Assembly: GCF_006345805.1 (NCBI RefSeq)
Contig: NW_021834901.1
Location: 4,902 to 68,901 of the forward strand
Direction of reading: 5' to 3'
DNA length: 64,000 nt
DNA from: Octopus sinensis
Taxonomy: Eukaryota
Shown: positions 60,901-64,000 of the stretch, piece after piece
Numbering within the stretch: position 1 is the first letter of the stretch
How the letters are laid out: every line of letters begins with the position of its first letter
Notes under the pieces: model-generated
Told to the model about the DNA's origin: nothing
Database searches by the model: none
What the model saw: the letters and a program-made list of their open reading frames with translations, nothing else
Translations under genes and position numbers: made by a program

Positions 60901-63900
60901 GAATGGAAGTTTTGAAGGATGCAGTGCTGCAACCACTAACAACTGATGCCGGCAGTTTGTTCCATGCTTGCGTGTGTATGGAGGGGAGGAAATCAGGTGT
61001 AGTGTTGGTGAATCTCAGGAAGAATGGAAGTTTTGAAGGATGCAGTGCTCAGACAATTAACAACTGATGCCGGCAGTTTGTTCCATGCTTGAGTGTGTAT
61101 GGAGGGGAGGAAATCAGGTGTAGCGTTGGTGAATCTCAGGAAGGATGGAAGTTTTGAAGGATGCAGTGCTGCAACCACTAACAACTGATGCCGGCAGTTT
61201 GTTCCATGCTTGTGTGTGTATGGAGGGGAGGAAATCAGGTGTAGTGTTGGTGAATCTCAGGAAGGATGGAAGTTTTGAAGGATGCAGTGCTGCAACCACT
61301 AACAACTGATGCCGGCAGTTTGTTCCATGCTTGAGTGTGTATGGAGGGGAGGAAATCAGGTGTAGTGTTGGTGAATCTCAGGAAGAATGGAAGTTTTGAA
61401 GGATGCAGTGCTGCAACCACTAACAACTGATGCCGGCAGTTTGTTCCAAGCTTGAGTGTGTATGGAGGGGAGGAAATCAGGTGTAGTGTTGGTGAATCTC
61501 AGGAAGGATGGAAGTTTTGAAGGATGCAGTACTCAGACAATTAACAACTGATGCCGGCAGTTTGTTCCATGCTTGCGTGTGTATGGAGGGGAGGAAATCA
61601 GGTGTAGTGTTGGTGAATCTCAGGAAGGATGGAAGTTTTGAAGGATGCAGTGCTCAGACAATTAACAACTGATGCCGGCTGTTTGTTCCATGCTTGCGTG
61701 TGTATGGAGGGGAGGAAATCAGGTGTAGTGTTTGTGAATCTCAGGAAGAATGGAAGTTTTGAAGGATGCAGTGCTCAGACAATTAACAACTGATGCCGGC
61801 AGTTTGTTCCATGCTTGAGTGTGTATGGAGGGGAGGAAATCAGGTGTAGCGTTGTCAATCTCAGGAAGGATGGAAGTTTTGAAGGATGCAGTGCTGCAAC
61901 CACTAACAACTGATGCCGGCAGTTTGTTCCATGCTTGTGTGTGTATGGAGGGGAGGAAATCAGGTGTAGTGTTGGTGAATCTCAGGAAGGATGGAAGTTT
62001 TGAAGGATGCAGTGCTGCAACCACTAACAACTGATGCCGGCAGTTTGTTCCATGCTTGAGTGTGTATGGAGGGGAGGAAATCAGGTGTAGTGTTGGTGAA
62101 TCTCAGGAAGAATGGAAGTTTTGAAGGATGCAGTGCTGCAACCACTAACAACTGATGCTGGCAGTTTGTTCCAAGCTTGCGTGTGTATGGAGGGGAGGAA
62201 ATCAGGTGTAGTGTTGGTGAGTCTCAGGAAGAATGGAAGTTTTGAAGGATGCAGTGCTGCAACCACTAACAACTGATGCCGGCAGTTTGTTCCATGCTTG
62301 CGTGTGTATGGAGGGGAGGAAATCAGGTGTAGTGTTGGTGAATCTCAGGAAGGATGGAAGTTTTGAAGGATGCAGTGCTCAGACAATTAACAACTGATGC
62401 CGGCAGTTTGTTCCATGCTTGCGTGTGTATGGAGGGGAGGAGATCAGGTGTAGTGTTGTTGAATCTCAGGAAGGATGGAAGTTTTGAAGGATGCAGTGCT
62501 GCAACCACTAACAACTGATGCCGGCAGTTTGTTCCATGCCTGAGTGTGTATGGAGGGGAGGAAATCAGGTGTAGTGTTGGTGAATCTCAGGAAGAATGGA
62601 AGTTTTGAAGGATGCAGTGCTCAGACAATTAACAACTGATGCCGGCAGTTTGTTCCATGCTTGTGTGTGTTTGGAGGGGAGGAAATCAGGTGTAGTGTTG
62701 GTGAATCTCAGCAAGGATGGAAGTTTTGAAGGATGCAGTGCTGCAACCACTAACAACTGATGCCGGCAGTTTGTTCCATGCTTGTGTGTGTATGGAGGGG
62801 AGGAAATCAGGTGTAGTGTTGGTGAATCTCAGGAAGGATGGAAGTTTTGAAGGATGCAGTGCTCAGACAATTAACAACTGATGCCGGCAGTTTGTTCCAT
62901 GCTTGTGTGTGTATGGAGGGGAGGAAATCAGGTGTAGTGTTGGTGAATCTCAGGAAGGATGGAAGTTTTGAAGGATGCAGTGCTCAGACAATTAGCAACT
63001 GAGGACGGCAGTTTGTTCCATGCTTGCGTGTGTATGGAGGGGAGGAAATCAGGTGAAGTGTTGGTGAATCTCAGGAAGGATGCAAGTTTTGAAGGATGCA
63101 GTGCTCAGACAATTAACAACTGATGCCGGCAGTTTGTTCCATGCTTGCGTGTGTATGGAGGGGAGGAAATCAGGTGTAGTGTTGGTGAATCTCAGGAAGG
63201 ATGGAAGTTTTGAAGGATGCAGTGCTCAGACAATTAACAACTGATGCCGGCAGTTTGTTCCATGCTTGTGTGTGTATGGAGGGGAGGAAATCAGGTGTAG
63301 TGTTGGTGAATCTCAGGAAGAATGGAAGTTTTGAAGGATGCAGTGCTCAGACAATTAACAACTGATGCCGGCAGTTTGTTCCATGCTTGCGTGTGTATGG
63401 AGGGGAGGAAATCAGGTGTAGTGTTGGTGAATCTCAGGAAGAATGGAAGTTTTGAAGGATGCAGTGCTCAGACAATTAACAACTGATGCCGGCAGTTTGT
63501 TCCATGCTTGCGTGTGTATGGAGGGGAGGAAATCAGGTGTAGTGTTGGTGAATCTCAGGAAGGATGGAAGTTTTGAAGGATGCAGTGCTGCAACCACTAA
63601 CAACTGATGCCGGCAGTTTGTTCCATGCTTGAGTGTGTATGGAGGGGAGGAAATCAGGTGTAGTGTTGGTGAATCTCAGGAAGGATGGAAGTTTTGAAGG
63701 ATGCAGTGCTCAGATAATTAACAACTGATGCCGGCAGTTTGTTCCATGCTTGAGTGTGTAAGGAGGGGAGGAAATCAGGTGTAGTGTTGGTGAATCTCAG
63801 GAAGAATGGAAGTTTTGAAGGATGCATTGCTCAGACAATTAACAACTGATGCCGGCAGTTTGTTCCATGCTTGTGTGTGTATGGAGGGGAGGAAATCAGG

Positions 63901-64000
63901 TGTAGTGTTGGTGAATCTCAGGAAGAATGGAAGTTTTGAAGGATGCAGTGCTCAGACAATTAACAACTGATGCCGGCAGTTTGTTCCATGCTTGCGTGTG
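54922..64000. repeat. 121-bp satellite array 2, ~75 copies, runs off the window
   Basis: Same unit and orientation as 6021-7931; begins at CATGCTT (54922). Confidence 0.97.

Noticed and set aside
54952-63603. Many 63-aa ORFs (MLVV...QHYT) as a tandem gene family
   Set aside because: They are frame-shifting read-throughs of the 121-bp unit (not a multiple of 3) with non-ATG starts.
54922-64000. CRISPR-like array
   Set aside because: There are no unique spacers, the whole unit repeats, the context is eukaryotic and there are no cas genes.

Overview
AT-rich, microsatellite-dense eukaryotic DNA made almost entirely of repeats. The SINE and repeat families look like those I associate with octopod cephalopod genomes (inference, not verified). 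No host protein-coding gene can be called with confidence, and most ORF-track entries are microsatellite or satellite artefacts. Main contents: (1) two arrays of a 121-bp satellite (6.0-7.9 kb; 54.9 kb to window end) derived from the 3' end of a CR1/L2-like LINE, with both parental junctions visible; (2) a ~11-kb-period mosaic segmental duplication (0.1-30.2 kb); (3) a near full-length R4/Dong-type non-LTR retrotransposon (RT plus restriction-like endonuclease) in a stack of inserts separated by (TAA)n; (4) a cluster at 35.7-43.7 kb of inverted-repeat elements, several carrying type I hammerhead-ribozyme motifs of at least three sequence families, which is a Penelope-like/retrozyme-like signature; (5) hAT, mariner and RTE fossils, three tRNA-derived SINE families and a multi-kb purine-rich tract. 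Coordinates were read by eye, and repeat boundaries are approximate unless exact junctions are given.
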